Shown piece by piece: positions 13,192 to 26,808 of a stretch of 64,000 nucleotides of DNA (positions are counted from its first letter, which is position 1; each line of letters starts with the position of its first letter). The notes under the pieces were generated by a model. The model saw only the letters and a list, made by a program, of their open reading frames with translations. It was not told the origin of the DNA and did no database searches. Source of the stretch: Lingula anatina. Its lineage: Eukaryota; Animalia; Brachiopoda. Where the stretch lies: contig CM120646.1 of the NCBI GenBank assembly GCA_051362555.1, positions 8,618,001-8,682,000 on the forward strand, in the 5' to 3' direction. A program made the position numbers and the translations under genes.

Positions 13192-16100
13192 CGCCTATAA
13201 AATCTGACCCAGAAAGCTCTGAGAGTCAAGATGGCGGGAAGGTCAAAGGTGAGACGACAGCATGGAATGGTTCAGTTGCATTTTGTGAAAGTGTATTGTT
13301 ATGAGTTGGGATTTTTCAAACTTAAAGCATGTTTTTTTTTTCAGCAACATTTGAAAACTTTCCGATACACCATTAGTTATCTTTACTGAATGAGAGATTA
13401 TTTAAAGGCATAGGGGTGATTTTTTTTCATCAAAAGAAATTTTGAAAGTGATGGCGAGTAGATGGGTTGTCTTTGTACAAAAATGACATTTAAGTAACAA
13501 TAATAACACTGTCATTATTTATGGTGATTATGCTGTTGATTATCAAGCAATTTTTCAAACTTTACGAAAGGCCATTAAATCTGTCAGTCATACGGTCTGA
13601 CAAGCTTGAAAATTCTGACTGACTGAAACAAAATTTGTCAGATGAAGCAAAATTATAGAAATACAAGGAATTATTTGTTTTCAGGTGTATATTTTGTCAT
13701 TTTCAATCATAGACAATAAAACTAAAAGTGTTTTCTATTTATTTCATAAGCTTTGTAATAATTTTAAGACAGAAATAAATTATTTCCATGATAAGTCTGT
13801 ACTTAATGAAAAAGGCATTGTAGAGTGACAGAAGGACCAATACAAGAATGAAAAACATGGAGCAAGTAATATTGTACATATGTCCATGAAAAGTGACTTA
13901 TTCAGAAAACTATTTCACCCTTTTTGGGACAATTTAGAATGAGTAGAGCCGAGTGCTAGCTAGGCCACTACCTAAATATGGTGGATCACATGAGAGGAAG
14001 ACTGCTTAATCCTGTAATGGTCTCTCCGCCTCTCACATGGCTCTCCACGTGTCGTCCCTGCAGGGGGACAATAATTAAATCTCGGCTCAATGCAACCAGT
14101 CAAGGAATGACGTGTGGGGAGCTGTTTGAGAGGCAAAGAGACCATTACAGTATTAAGCGGTCTTCCTTTCATGTAGGTCCTCCATATTTAGGTCGTGTCC
14201 TAGCTAGCACTTGGCTCTTCTCATTCTGAATGGCCTCTTTGTTTGGCCATAACATGTGTTATCAGGCCTACCCAACTATCAGACACGGCACTAAAGGATC
14301 CAGAATTCACCTGTAGATTGGATCATACTGTTGTTTTTCAAGGTGTGTATCAGTACACATTTCATAGTATCATACCCCAGGAAAAATTTTGAACTAAGAC
14401 TGCAAGCTCAACCTGTCATCCGGGTATTGTGCCTCATTTTCAACAAGTAGGAGTATTTCGAATTCAATGATGTCATTTTACTTAACAAAAGACTTAGCCA
14501 TGAGTACTGCACACAACTGACAATGAAGAAACATAGCTTCAAGTTAGTAAGTAGTTTTGTTGTGTAAAGACATCATGAGAACGTTAACGAGCCTGTAAGT
14601 TATGTCATTTAGGAATCCTTCATCCTCAGCCAGTCAATAAGTAGTATTTGTAGAGTGAATCTGAGGTCATACTATCAGTAAATTATGTATAATTAGCAGA
14701 GAGCTCGACAAGAAAAGATACAAAAATGTATGCTTTAGATTTACACATTCTAAGTCAGCTTGAAAACTTGCTGGACATAAGAACTGAGGATGCAGGATTT
14801 TTCATGAGACCAAGACGAAACTTGTTAGGCATGTCTGACAGTCTGACGCCTTTTGTAAAGTCTAATATTGCAACAAAATTGACAAAAACATTTTTGTGCA
14901 TTTTTATCATTAAATAAGTTATTTGTCATTTTTATACTCTTTTAATGTTACTTCTTTTATCAGTTTTCACATTTCATGATGACATTTTGTTATATGTCTT
15001 TTGACAGCTTTGTTACCTTAATTACAAATTGAATTTTCTAGTTGTGAGTTTGAAATTCCATGAATATTACCATAGTGAAATAGCCACTCAGTTTTAATGT
15101 TCTTATTGTTAATTTTGCAACAACAATTCGCCACCTATGCCTTTAACTTTTTTGTAGCAATGAACTGCATATTTGACCACTTACAGTTCATTGTTGTATA
15201 AGCATGAAGTCATGATAACTTTCTGCAGGGCTGCAAGTATTTAAGCATTTTCATATATGCATGAAGACTAATATATTGTGTTGTTCATGAAAGCCATTTT
15301 GCTTAATTAAGTTTGCTTCTGGCATGCATTTTTATGTAGCATTTATTTACATAATGTTTGCATAAAACGCCTCATGGATTTCAGCACTTGATTGTTTCTT
15401 GTTTACCATAAACCTTCATTAGCATTCAACACATCCTAACTTGACCTTTTATGGCACCACTTGAGTTTGTAAATAAAGCATTTCATCATCACTGGCAATA
15501 AAGCAGTGACAACTATGATTGTTTGCCACAATTTTGTGCACCATCCTGATGTCAAAGTCTTTTATAATGTGTTCCTATTGGCCACTTTGAAGGATTGTTG
15601 AATAGGTCTTTGATTTTTAATTGGAAGGGGCTGGAAAGGATCACACTACATGGAATTTTGCTCGTTTACTGCCTTTTCTTAAAAAAAGAATAAATGATAA
15701 AGTAGAAAAATGTTATTTTATCAAAATAACAATAAAAAGTATTTACAAATCAATAACAACAAAAATCACAATATAATTTTTTGATGAAATTTATATAGGC
15801 TAATTTAAAACACTAATATTTTTGAATTTCTTATGTCATCATCAAGATAAATTAAATATCTGTATTGAATTAAGCAATAGATGTGCACTTTGCAGTATTT
15901 GCAACATGTTTGGTATGGTATTTACAACCACATTTGACATTAAGAAGATGGAACAGGGTTTAAATCAATAGGTGATAGTTTTTCTTGGACACAGAGGTGT
16001 TTTTACCCTCTGCAATGGTTTTGTTATATTTTAAGGAAGGGGGTATTGTACAACTGTTTGCATAATTGGTAATTTAAAAGAAAGCTAATGCTCAATGTGC

Positions 16101-19100
16101 ACTAATATGCAGGAAGGAGTTCCATGTGCCCTGTTATACAGGTGCAGGAGAGGTATATGGCAGGGGTCATGTGCACGCACACGTGTAGATTTGTATTTAA
16201 GTTTAGAAGGCTTTCTAAAGTTGTGATTAAAATATTCCTATAGATGTACTTGCTCTTTATGCTGCAGTTTACTTGGAGACATGGCAACCTAGTGCCTTTT
16301 CATGAAGAATTGTGTTGTAGCCCTTTACTCTGAATACTCCACTGTAGAACCAGCACATCTTATGAATGATTTATGATCTGGGCCAGCCCACTTTCATCAT
16401 TTTCCATGTGATCTGCATGTTAAAGAATGGCAACAGTGTTAACTGTTTAATTCCTGAATGCTTATCTACTTCATTATCTCAGATTTCAGTTCCTTCAGCT
16501 AATGGCTATGTCTTTGTTCATTTCCGCAAGTTTTGTGGTTAAAGATGCAAAAAGAAACATGTTTTAGCAGTGATTTACAAATTCTGCTGATAACATTGAC
16601 ATCAGCATTATTTATTTTCAGTATTTTACTTCAACTAGGGTGTTATGTGGAAAAGAAAATTCTTAAGTAAGAATAACTTATTATTTCAATGTATTTAGAT
16701 TTAAATTATAAATTAAATAAAAGGGCTCTTGATTTTTTCGGTTTCACTCATGAATTTGGAACACAAGACTTTTGCTGGTTTGAAAGACTTTGGAGGAGAG
16801 ACTGAGAGACTAAATATTCCCTTATTCATATTATGTATTCTTATGAAGCTTAATTTTTTTCAGTGCTCTGCCCCAAAGCAGCTAACTAAGATGTTATTTA
16901 CTGATATTTTGCCAGTGTTTCTTAGTCTGCCATCACTTGAACATCCCTTGCTGTTTTGAGCTGCCAATCCTAAAAACACAATATAATGAGCTTTTTAATT
17001 TATTTATGACTTTCTCAAGGAAAGATGATGAGGATGATATTGTTCTCTGATTGTTTGGCACTGTGCCTGACTGTGCATATATTACCTTACATTATTGCTA
17101 CTTTTCCACGCCCTCTTTTCACGTGCTTGATACAATCCTGTTTTTTTAAGCGGTATATTATTCATGAATTGGTTAAAGTGCATGAAATATTCATGATGAA
17201 GGCTTTAGGAATAAGAAAGAATCCATAAGTTTCTGATTTGCATTAGTCAATTAGAGTCGAACTAAATTTGACCTGCTGCTAATTGATTTTATACCTATAT
17301 TTGTTAAATATAAAAACTAACCAATGTAAAGAAGCATATGTTAGTCACAGTATAGTATATTAAATTATAATTTGATTAATTAATACTACAATATAATTTT
17401 TACAGAGAATAGAGTCAGTATACACTCGTCCCAAAAGTTCAGAAAGATGATTATTTTGAATAATTAAAGAATAACCATATGAGCTAAAGTAAATATTTTA
17501 ATCAAATATTGATGGATAATGTACCTACCAATTCATTACTTCTTGAAATTTCTGTGGGATAACAGCAATATTTATGAATGTGGGTTCTTAATTTCATTTT
17601 CACAAATCCTGCAAATGAATGACAAAGTTTGAAGTTTGTACTTTTAGCAAGTCTTGATGATAAACAGTAAAAATCTTTATTTTAGGCATAATGTTTTAAA
17701 ATAAAGTCTTGAGGTTACTCACCATAAGTTTCGTGTGAAGCCTTCAGTGTTTTTTGTCAAGACTTGCTTACTAGTAAGCTTTGTCATCTTCATGACAGTA
17801 AAAACTTTTACTGACTTTTGTCATTTTGATGCCAAATGTAGCTTGGATGTTTGGAGAAACAATACAGATAAAACTCCTGTGTGTATAGAAGTTAATCAAA
17901 CAGTGCCACATCTTATATCCACAGAATTGTTTCTAGGAAAGGAAAAATAAGCTGGAAGAACATTGGCTTAGTCTCTTCTAGCATGTTGTATGGTGTCACA
18001 ACCAGCACAACATTGACAAGTTTGTCACAACTAATAGAATGTAGCAAACTCTTGCCACCACTAGTATTGTTAGAGCACTATAGTTTTCAGCTGATTACAA
18101 AGTAATTTAACACCATAGACTAAAAGTGTTCATTTTGTTTCAGAAGTAGGAATGAATGGAGACATGGGACACAGTGACTTACAGTCAAGATCTAATACAG
18201 GCAATGCCGTTTCAGATATACAGAACAAAGCCCTGAATCTGGTATGTTATAGATCACAAATATATAGCATAACATCTTACTGTGATAGGATTTCCAAGAC
18301 TTTTTGTATGTGTTGAATTATCTGAAACAGTGCATTATAATTTAGAACCTGGCTGACTGGAATCAGAAATAGCATGGTCCTGCTTAGGTGAATGGAAGGC
18401 TTAATGCAGAATTTAAAAAAATTGGTGCAGTAAGGGACCTTTTGTGACCAGTTCCTCTGGTGGCACTTAAAAACTTACTTTTTAAGGCACTGTTGTTCTT
18501 AAGGATATTGTTAGCCTTTGCCAAGAACTCCTTGTTTACTAGATTACATACATTCTTTTCAATAACAGATAAATCTTCAGTATTCAGTGACTAAATTAAG
18601 GATATTGTTATCTTTTATTATTGTCCAGGTACTAAAAATGAGTTTTTTTCTACGTCTAATTATTTAATAATTCATGTCTTTTTGCTGATTTAAAACAATG
18701 TTTTGCAATGAGAGATATAAATGCCAATATTTTATATTTTTGAAGGCATTTTCATTGCTTTAAACCATCACAAACATAGATGCATTTTTATTAGATGCAT
18801 GAAAAATCTCATTTTTGGTATCTGGATGATAATAAAGGCTTACAATATCTTTAACATGTATTTTCCTTGTGACAGAGGCACCCGAGTAGATTTTGGTTGT
18901 TACTTTGAGAGTATTCACATCGAGAAGAGCCATACCCATTATTGAGGTCTTGCTAGACCTCGGCTCTTCTCAATGTGAATGCTCTCTTAGAGTACAAAAC
19001 TTGAGACCCTAGTCGAGGCGACGCTTAATATTATTTTGACAATTTAAGTACTTTAGTTTGTTACTTATAATGGTTTCACATTTTTTCTAACAGACCACAC

Positions 19101-22100
19101 TTGTGAACCCTTCCCAGACTCAAACAAGCATGGCTCAGACACAGGCACTGTTTGTCCAGAACTTACAGCCACAGTTTGCTATAGCGCAGCCTGGGTTCAT
19201 CATCAGCAACCAGTTTGGTCAACAGGTAGTATGGTCACTGGGATATGTTAGAACAACTCTTGCAAGATAAGGTTTTATAAAGAAGAGATTTATGAAGAAA
19301 AACTTGTTTACTATGAAGCTGACCAATTGTTTGCAACTCATGTCTGGATAAATTTTACAGTGAAAAAATTAAAAAAATTCTTGTTTCACACCTCAGCTCT
19401 CCATGGGTGCTGCAGGAGCCTTTGCAGGTATCCAGATCACTCCTCAACAACTACAACAACTGCAAGAATTACAACAACAGCAGCAGCAACTTTTACAACA
19501 ACAGCAGCAAGGACAACAACAAGGACAACAACAGATAGTGCAACAACAACCTCACCAAAACCAGCCACAGGGTCAGCAACAGCAACAACAGCAGTCCCAG
19601 CAGCAACCAGCTGTATTATCCACAAGTCAACCTAATATACAGGTAATAGATCAGCAACCAGCTGTATTATCCACAAGTCAACCTAATATACAGGTAATAG
19701 ATCAGCAACCGGCTGTGTGGCGGCACAAATTGTCGCTGGCACAAATTGTCGTCCTTAGGTGGTGACAAATTGTGTAGTTATTGATGGCACAAATTGTCGC
19801 CGGCACTAATTGTCGACCTTTGGTGGCAACAAACTGTGTATGCATAGGCCGCACAATTTGTTGCCCTGCACAAATTGTCGCCAGTTACAATAATGTATAC
19901 AATAACTTCTGTGCGTACATACAAATGAAGGGTTCGCTAGCAAAAGTAAATAAATCCAGTCCGACAAGTGACCCATTTGAATGAATGCGCCACCCTGCTG
20001 CTTTAGCACTAGTTAATTAATAATAAATAAATTAATTTGTGCCGTCAATGCCTACACAATTTGTCTCCACCTAAGGACGACAATTTGTGGCGGAGACAAT
20101 TTGTGCTGTCACACGGCTGTATTATCCACAAGTCAACCTAATATACAAGTAATAGATCAGCCAGGAGGAGGGCAGTTATTACGTATGCCAGTATTGAGCA
20201 GGGGAGTAATAATGATTGAGCTTTTTTCCTGAAATTTAATTGTAGATTAAAGTTACTGTACTTCTGTAGATAGATACTGTAGATAAATTAGGGTGGTTTA
20301 GGCACAATTCAACAACTGAAATCAGCAACCAGTTGGATTGGGTTCTGTCAGGTAGATATTCATGGAAACTTATCAGACTAGTTTGCTGTTCTTCTCCATG
20401 TTGTAAAGGAAATAATCTCAGGAAGGAAATGCAACAAGTGGTTACCACTGCTGTTGATCGCAAAGGCCCAAAGGAATAAATTAAGGGGATTAAAAATTCC
20501 TAACAAACAGATCTTAATAGCATTTTTATGTACAGACACAGATGTGTCTGTACATATTGCCATCACCTGCGTCTGTCGTCGCCGTCGCCGTCGCCGTCGC
20601 CGATGCCGATGCCGGCGCCGTGCACTTTCCTTGTAAACACGATAAGTGGAGGGCAGTTTTACTTTTTGGCTTTATATTTACAGAGCTGATGAATATTCAT
20701 AAAACGCAGGTCAAGTTCGAAAATCAGCATGATCGGGCCATTATTGTAGAAGTTATGCTGTTTTTTCACTTTTCAGCATATATGCAACCCTGTAAACACA
20801 TTTTAAGGAAAACCGTTAGGCCTGTTGTCATGAAACTCACAGGAGTAATCAATCTTACTAAAACGCAGGTCAAGTTTGAAAATCGGCATGATCGGGCCAC
20901 TATTTTAGTAGTTATGCTTTTTTTTTCACTTTTCAGCATATATGCAACACTGTAAACACAATATAAGAAAAACAGATAGGCCAATTGTCATTAAACTCAC
21001 AGGAGTGGTCAATCTTACTAAAACGCAGGTCAAGTTCGAAAATCAGCATAATCGGGCCATTATTTTAGAAGTTATGCTGTTTTTTCAAAATTCCTCAGAT
21101 TCAACTCTTAGGCATGTTAACAGTCTCATTATTGAACTAATAAGATACGTAAAAGTGTTTTTTTGACATTTCCTGCATCTTTACAACATTGTTAGTTGAT
21201 TATGTAAAAATGATGGTAAACTTGTTATTGTGTATTGTGTAATAAAGTTTCAAAAATGGAAATAAACTCATATCATTGCAGTTTGTCAGATTCAATCATT
21301 CACTATGTTCAGAATCTCAGAATGGAGGAAATTGGACATTCAACACTGTTGTATTGATATTTTTCCAATCTCATCAATTTTCTTAGTTTATTGTATAAAA
21401 ATGGCAGTAACCTGTTAATTTTGTTTTATGTTAAAAAAAGTGTTAAAAATGGAAAAAAAAACATTTCAGAACAGTGCTGTCTTGTTTACATTCTGGCATT
21501 TTCAAGTTGTGACTTGGAAGTTCCATGTGCCTGAAGACCTTTGCTAGTCACATTTTCTGAATATCCATGATACTAATATTTTATTATTAAAAATTGATGA
21601 TCATTATGCTGTTAAACATTATGTAATATTGCATCAAAATTTGAAAAAAACCTATTTTGGGCACTGCTCCCATGATGACCATTTAAGAAAAACCATGTCA
21701 CTTACTGTTCTCAAACAGTACAGTAAATATGTACAGATGTGTCTGTACATATTGCCATCACCTGCGTCTGTCGTCGCCGTCGTCGCCGGTGCCGACACCG
21801 TGCACTTTCATTGTAAACATGATAAGTGGAAGGCAGTTTTACTTTTTGGCTGTATATTTACAGAGCTGATGAATATTCATAAAACGCAGGTCAAGTTAAA
21901 AAATCAGCATGATCGGGCCACTATTTTAGTAGTTATGCTTTTTTTTTCACTTTTCAGCATATATGCAACACTGTAAACACAATATAAGAAAAACAGATAG
22001 GCCAATTGTCATTAAACTCACAGGAGTGGTCAATCTTACTAAAACGCAGGTCAAGTTCGAAAATCAGCATAATCGGGCCATTATTTTAGAAGTTATGCTG

Positions 22101-25100
22101 TTTTTTCAAAATTCCTCAGATTCAACTCTTAGGCATGTTAACAGTCTCATTATTGAACTAATAAGATACGTAAAAGTGTTTTTTTGACATTTCCTGCATC
22201 TTTACAACATTGTTAGTTGATTATGTAAAAATGATGGTAAACTTGTTATTGTGTATTGTGTAATAAAGTTTCAAAAATGGAAATAAACTCATATCATTGC
22301 AGTTTGTCAGATTCAATCATTCACTATGTTCAGAATCTCAGAATGGAGGAAATTGGACATTCAACACTGTTGTATTGATATTTTTCCAATCTCATCAATT
22401 TTTTTAGTTTATTGTATAAAAATGGCAGTAACCTGTTAATTTTGTTTTATGTGTAAAAAAGTGTTAAAAATGGAAAAAAAAACATTTCAGAACAGTGCTG
22501 TCTTGTTTACATTCTGGCATTTTCAAGTTGTGACTTGGAAGTTCCATGTGCCTGAAGACCTTTGCTAGTCACATTTTCTGAATATCCATGATACTAATAT
22601 TTTATTATTAAAAATTGATGATCATTATGCTGTTAAACATTATGTAATATTGCATCAAAATTTGAAAAAAACCTATTTTGGGCACTGCTCCCATGATGAC
22701 CATTTAAGAAAAACCATGTCACTTACTGTTCTCAAACAGTACAGTAAATATGTACAGATGTGTCTGTACATATTGCCATCACCTGCGTCTGTCGTCGCCG
22801 TCGTCGCCGGTGCCGACACCGTGCACTTTCATTGTAAACATGATAAGTGGAAGGCAGTTTTACTTTTTGGCTGTATATTTACAGAGCTGATGAATATTCA
22901 TAAAACGCAGGTCAAGTTAAAAAAATCAGCATGATCGGGCCATTATTGTAGAAGTTATGCTGTTTTTTCACTTTTCAGCATATATGCAACACTGTAAACA
23001 CATTTTAAGGAAAACTGATAGGCCTGTTGTCATGAAAATCACAGGAGTAATCGATCTTACTATAATGCAGGTCAAGTTCAAAAATCAGCAAGATCGGGCC
23101 ACTATTTTAGTAGTTATGCTTTTTTTTTTCACTTTTCAGCATATATGCAACACTGTAAACACAATATAAGAAAAACAGATAGGCCAATTGTCATTAAACT
23201 CACAGGAGTGGTCATTCCTGCTAAATCGCAGGTTGAGTTCAAAAATCAGCATAATCGGGCCATTATTTTAAAGAAATGCCGTTTTTATGTACAGACACAG
23301 ATGTATTTTACCTGTTGAGCATAATTTAAATTTGATGTTGAATTTGCAGTTTAACATAATGTACTTTTGCATCAGAATTGACAGTAGCCTTTTTTGTTAT
23401 TTCCTGCTTTTTGTCTGTACATTTGACAGCTTTGCTGCCTTGTTGATTAATAAATATGTAGTCCATGGGACATTTTTAAATTAAGTTATTAGTGTGTTAT
23501 TCTGTGTTCAGGATGCTTTCCCCACTGTGTCAAAGTTATAGGCAGTGTATGAAATGGCCGCCTGCCCGCCAGCCCGAGGCTGGTAACTTTCAGGCCGGGC
23601 GGGTAAGATTTGCAAATTACCCGCCCGACGGGCTGGCTAATTTACAGCCTATTTTCACCTTTTATTTTGTCTATGTTCACAAGCGATTCAGCAAAATAAA
23701 CTCACTGTTTTCACACACTTTCATAGAAGCAAAGAACTAACCATAGCTTGCAATCGAACGCTCGTATCGAAATGTAACCAACAGTCTCCCTCTCAGTGGC
23801 CTCGTTTTCGAAGTTCCGTCTGTGTGATATGAAGTTGAAAGACAATTTGAAACGAGGCACATCTTTCTTAACCAGCTTCAGTGACACAGCAGATAACGTA
23901 ACGTCATTGTTTTCTGTAGAGGAGATACCGCGAGTACTAATTTGTAGGTTGAGAGTAATAAAAATGTGAAAGTATAAAAAGTTATGATATTGATTAAATA
24001 GACTTATAGGTACATGAAGTGCTTATAATCAACAGTAATAAAGGCAACGGAGGCAAATTAAAAGAGAATTTTACAAAAATTTGAATCCCAAAATTATGAG
24101 TGAACGTACGAGTTTACGCCGTGCATCAGATGTACATGTAGTTCTTTTCCCACGTGCTTTCATCTTGGGCTGTCAAAAACGAAAAAAATTCTATCAAGTC
24201 CGATAGAGAAGTTCACAAAAGAAAAACAATCGAGGAAAGAAATAAAAATAACAAAGATTACGACAGAACCAAACGAAAGAGAACAAATTGGGACCCATGG
24301 AAATTAAGGTGACTTCAATTTGCAATTAGTCGAACGGCAACATTTTTTGTAAAACCGTAACTCGAAAGTGTCACGCATTGCGACCGAGCGCAAGCATCTC
24401 GATCCAATAACTCTCCCATATTCGCCCCATATAATATATTGTAGCCTCTATGTGATATATATATATATATATCCAAGATGGCGCCGTCCTATGGCGACAT
24501 GATCTGTCGCGTTGTAGTATTACTTGTTATTTTACTTCCAATTTTTAACTTTACTATTGGATACATAACTTATTCAAGAGAGGAGCTGCTACGGGTCAGA
24601 AATACTCATATTGAGGGGAGCTATGACTTGTTGGGAGGACTAAATCAGGTTGACTTTATTACCAGTACCGACTATGAAGATTCAAATACGCGGCGGAAGG
24701 GGCGAAAGCGAGGTAAACGAGGTGGGGCTCTAGTCAGGCTGCGTAACCGCGGAAATCGATCCCCGCTGCCGAGCATATTTCTCATAAATGCCCGATCGTT
24801 ACGCCATAAGGTGGATGAGCTTCACGGTCTTATCAGTACCAATCGAGATTACAGAGATTGTTCAGCCTACTTTATCACAGAAACGTGGCTCAATAACCTT
24901 GTCCCGGATGCGGCCATTCAAAGTCAAATCCCGGGATTCACGTTATACAGATCTGACCGATTATTCGACACCGTGGACAAAGATCGTGGTGGTGGCGTGT
25001 GCCTCTTGATCAACGACTCCTGGTGCAATAACGCGAAGGTACTATCCAGATGCTGTACCAAGGAACTAGAGACTCTAGTCATCAAGTGCCGCCCGTTCTA

Positions 25101-26744
25101 CTTGCCACGAGAGTTCACATCAGTCATTCTTACAGTTGTATATATTCCACCCGATGCGGACGCCAAGTCGGCCATCAGTCAACTCACACAGATTATAACA
25201 GACTATGAAAATGCAAACCCAGGAATACTGTCTATCATAGCAGGAGATTTCAACCACACAAACCTGAAAAAGGGTTTACCTAAGTATTTTCAACATGTAT
25301 CGTGCCATACTAGGAAAGATAAAACACTAGACCACTGTTACACAACGATCAGGGGTGCTTATAAATCACTGAAATGACCACCATTGGATAAGTCAGACCA
25401 CAACATGATCCATCTCGTCCCAGCATACAAACAACAGCTGAAGCGTGAAAAACCGGTACGTAGAGTAATTCATCAGTTTAGTGAGGACGCAATAGAACGA
25501 CTTCGTGGCTGTTTTGCATGCACTGACTGGGACTTATTTCTCCGGGATGCAGCTGATCTTGATGAATGTGCTGAAGTGACAATGAGCTACATAAAATTCT
25601 GCGAGGAATTATGCATTCCGAGTAAAACTGTTACATCATATCCAAACAACAAACCTTGGTTTTGTTCCTCAGTACGTAAACAACTTGTGGCCAGACAGGA
25701 AGCATTCAGATTGGGCAATTTGGACGCTATCAAGCGGTCAAAATATGACCTGCGCCGGGCCATCAAGCGCGCTAAGTTGCGGTATAGAGATAAACTTGAG
25801 GCAGACATCTCCAGCTGTAATTCTAGCTCTGGCAGGGAGTGAACAAAATCACCGGCTACAAACCTAAAACCAAACTCTCACCCACGGATGACACCAGCCT
25901 ACCAGACAAGTTGAATGAATTCTACGCCCGCTTCGACAGACCAAATACTATATCTCCTATCATCTGTTCTCGAGATAAAGAAGCACCCTTCCAGCTGTCG
26001 GAAGAAGACACCCGGCTTGGTCTTATTAGATTGAAAGTTAAGAAAGCGGCAGGTCCGGATGGGATTACACCTAGGTTGCTGAAATTATGTGCCGAGCTTA
26101 ACGTTAAAAAGACAAAAGAAATTATTGTAGATTTTAGGAAAAACCCAACAGAAATTAGCCATCTTACGCTGAATGGTTCTGAGGTTGAAATAGTCAGACA
26201 TTTCAAATTTCTTGGCATACATATATCTGATGATCTTAAATGGCACATTAACATAGATGATATTGTCCGCAAAGCTCAGCAAAGACTCTACTTTCTACGA
26301 CGATTGAGGTCATTCTATGTCAACCAAGAACTGCTGGCAAAATTTTACCGGGCTGTGATTGAGAGTGTGCTAACACAATCTTTCACCGTCTGGTACAGTA
26401 GTGCTACAGTAGAGGACAAGAATCGCCTCAACCGCGTAGTAAAAACTGCCAGGCGCATTGTAGGTAGGGACCTGCCGTCTATTGAATGTTTGTATACGAG
26501 ACGAGTGCTCAAGAAAGTAAAGTCAATCACGAGTGACCCTGGTCACCCAGCGAATAGCCTACTTATGCATATGTCAACAAGCCGACTGCGGTCATTAAAA
26601 GCAACCTCCACGCGCACTAAGAATAGTTTTTATCCATCAGCAGTACGTATTTTTAATGAACAAAATGTATTTTAATAATTCCACTGTATCACATTTTATC
26701 GACAGATCATACCAACTTTCATTTTATATTTGTATAAATATGAC

Positions 26745-26808
<64 letters not shown>

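Noticed and set aside
20542-23169. Repeated 70-137 aa ORFs (also 989-1966 and 37047-37355)
   Set aside because: Chance frames in a non-coding tandem-repeat element; frames are not preserved between copies.
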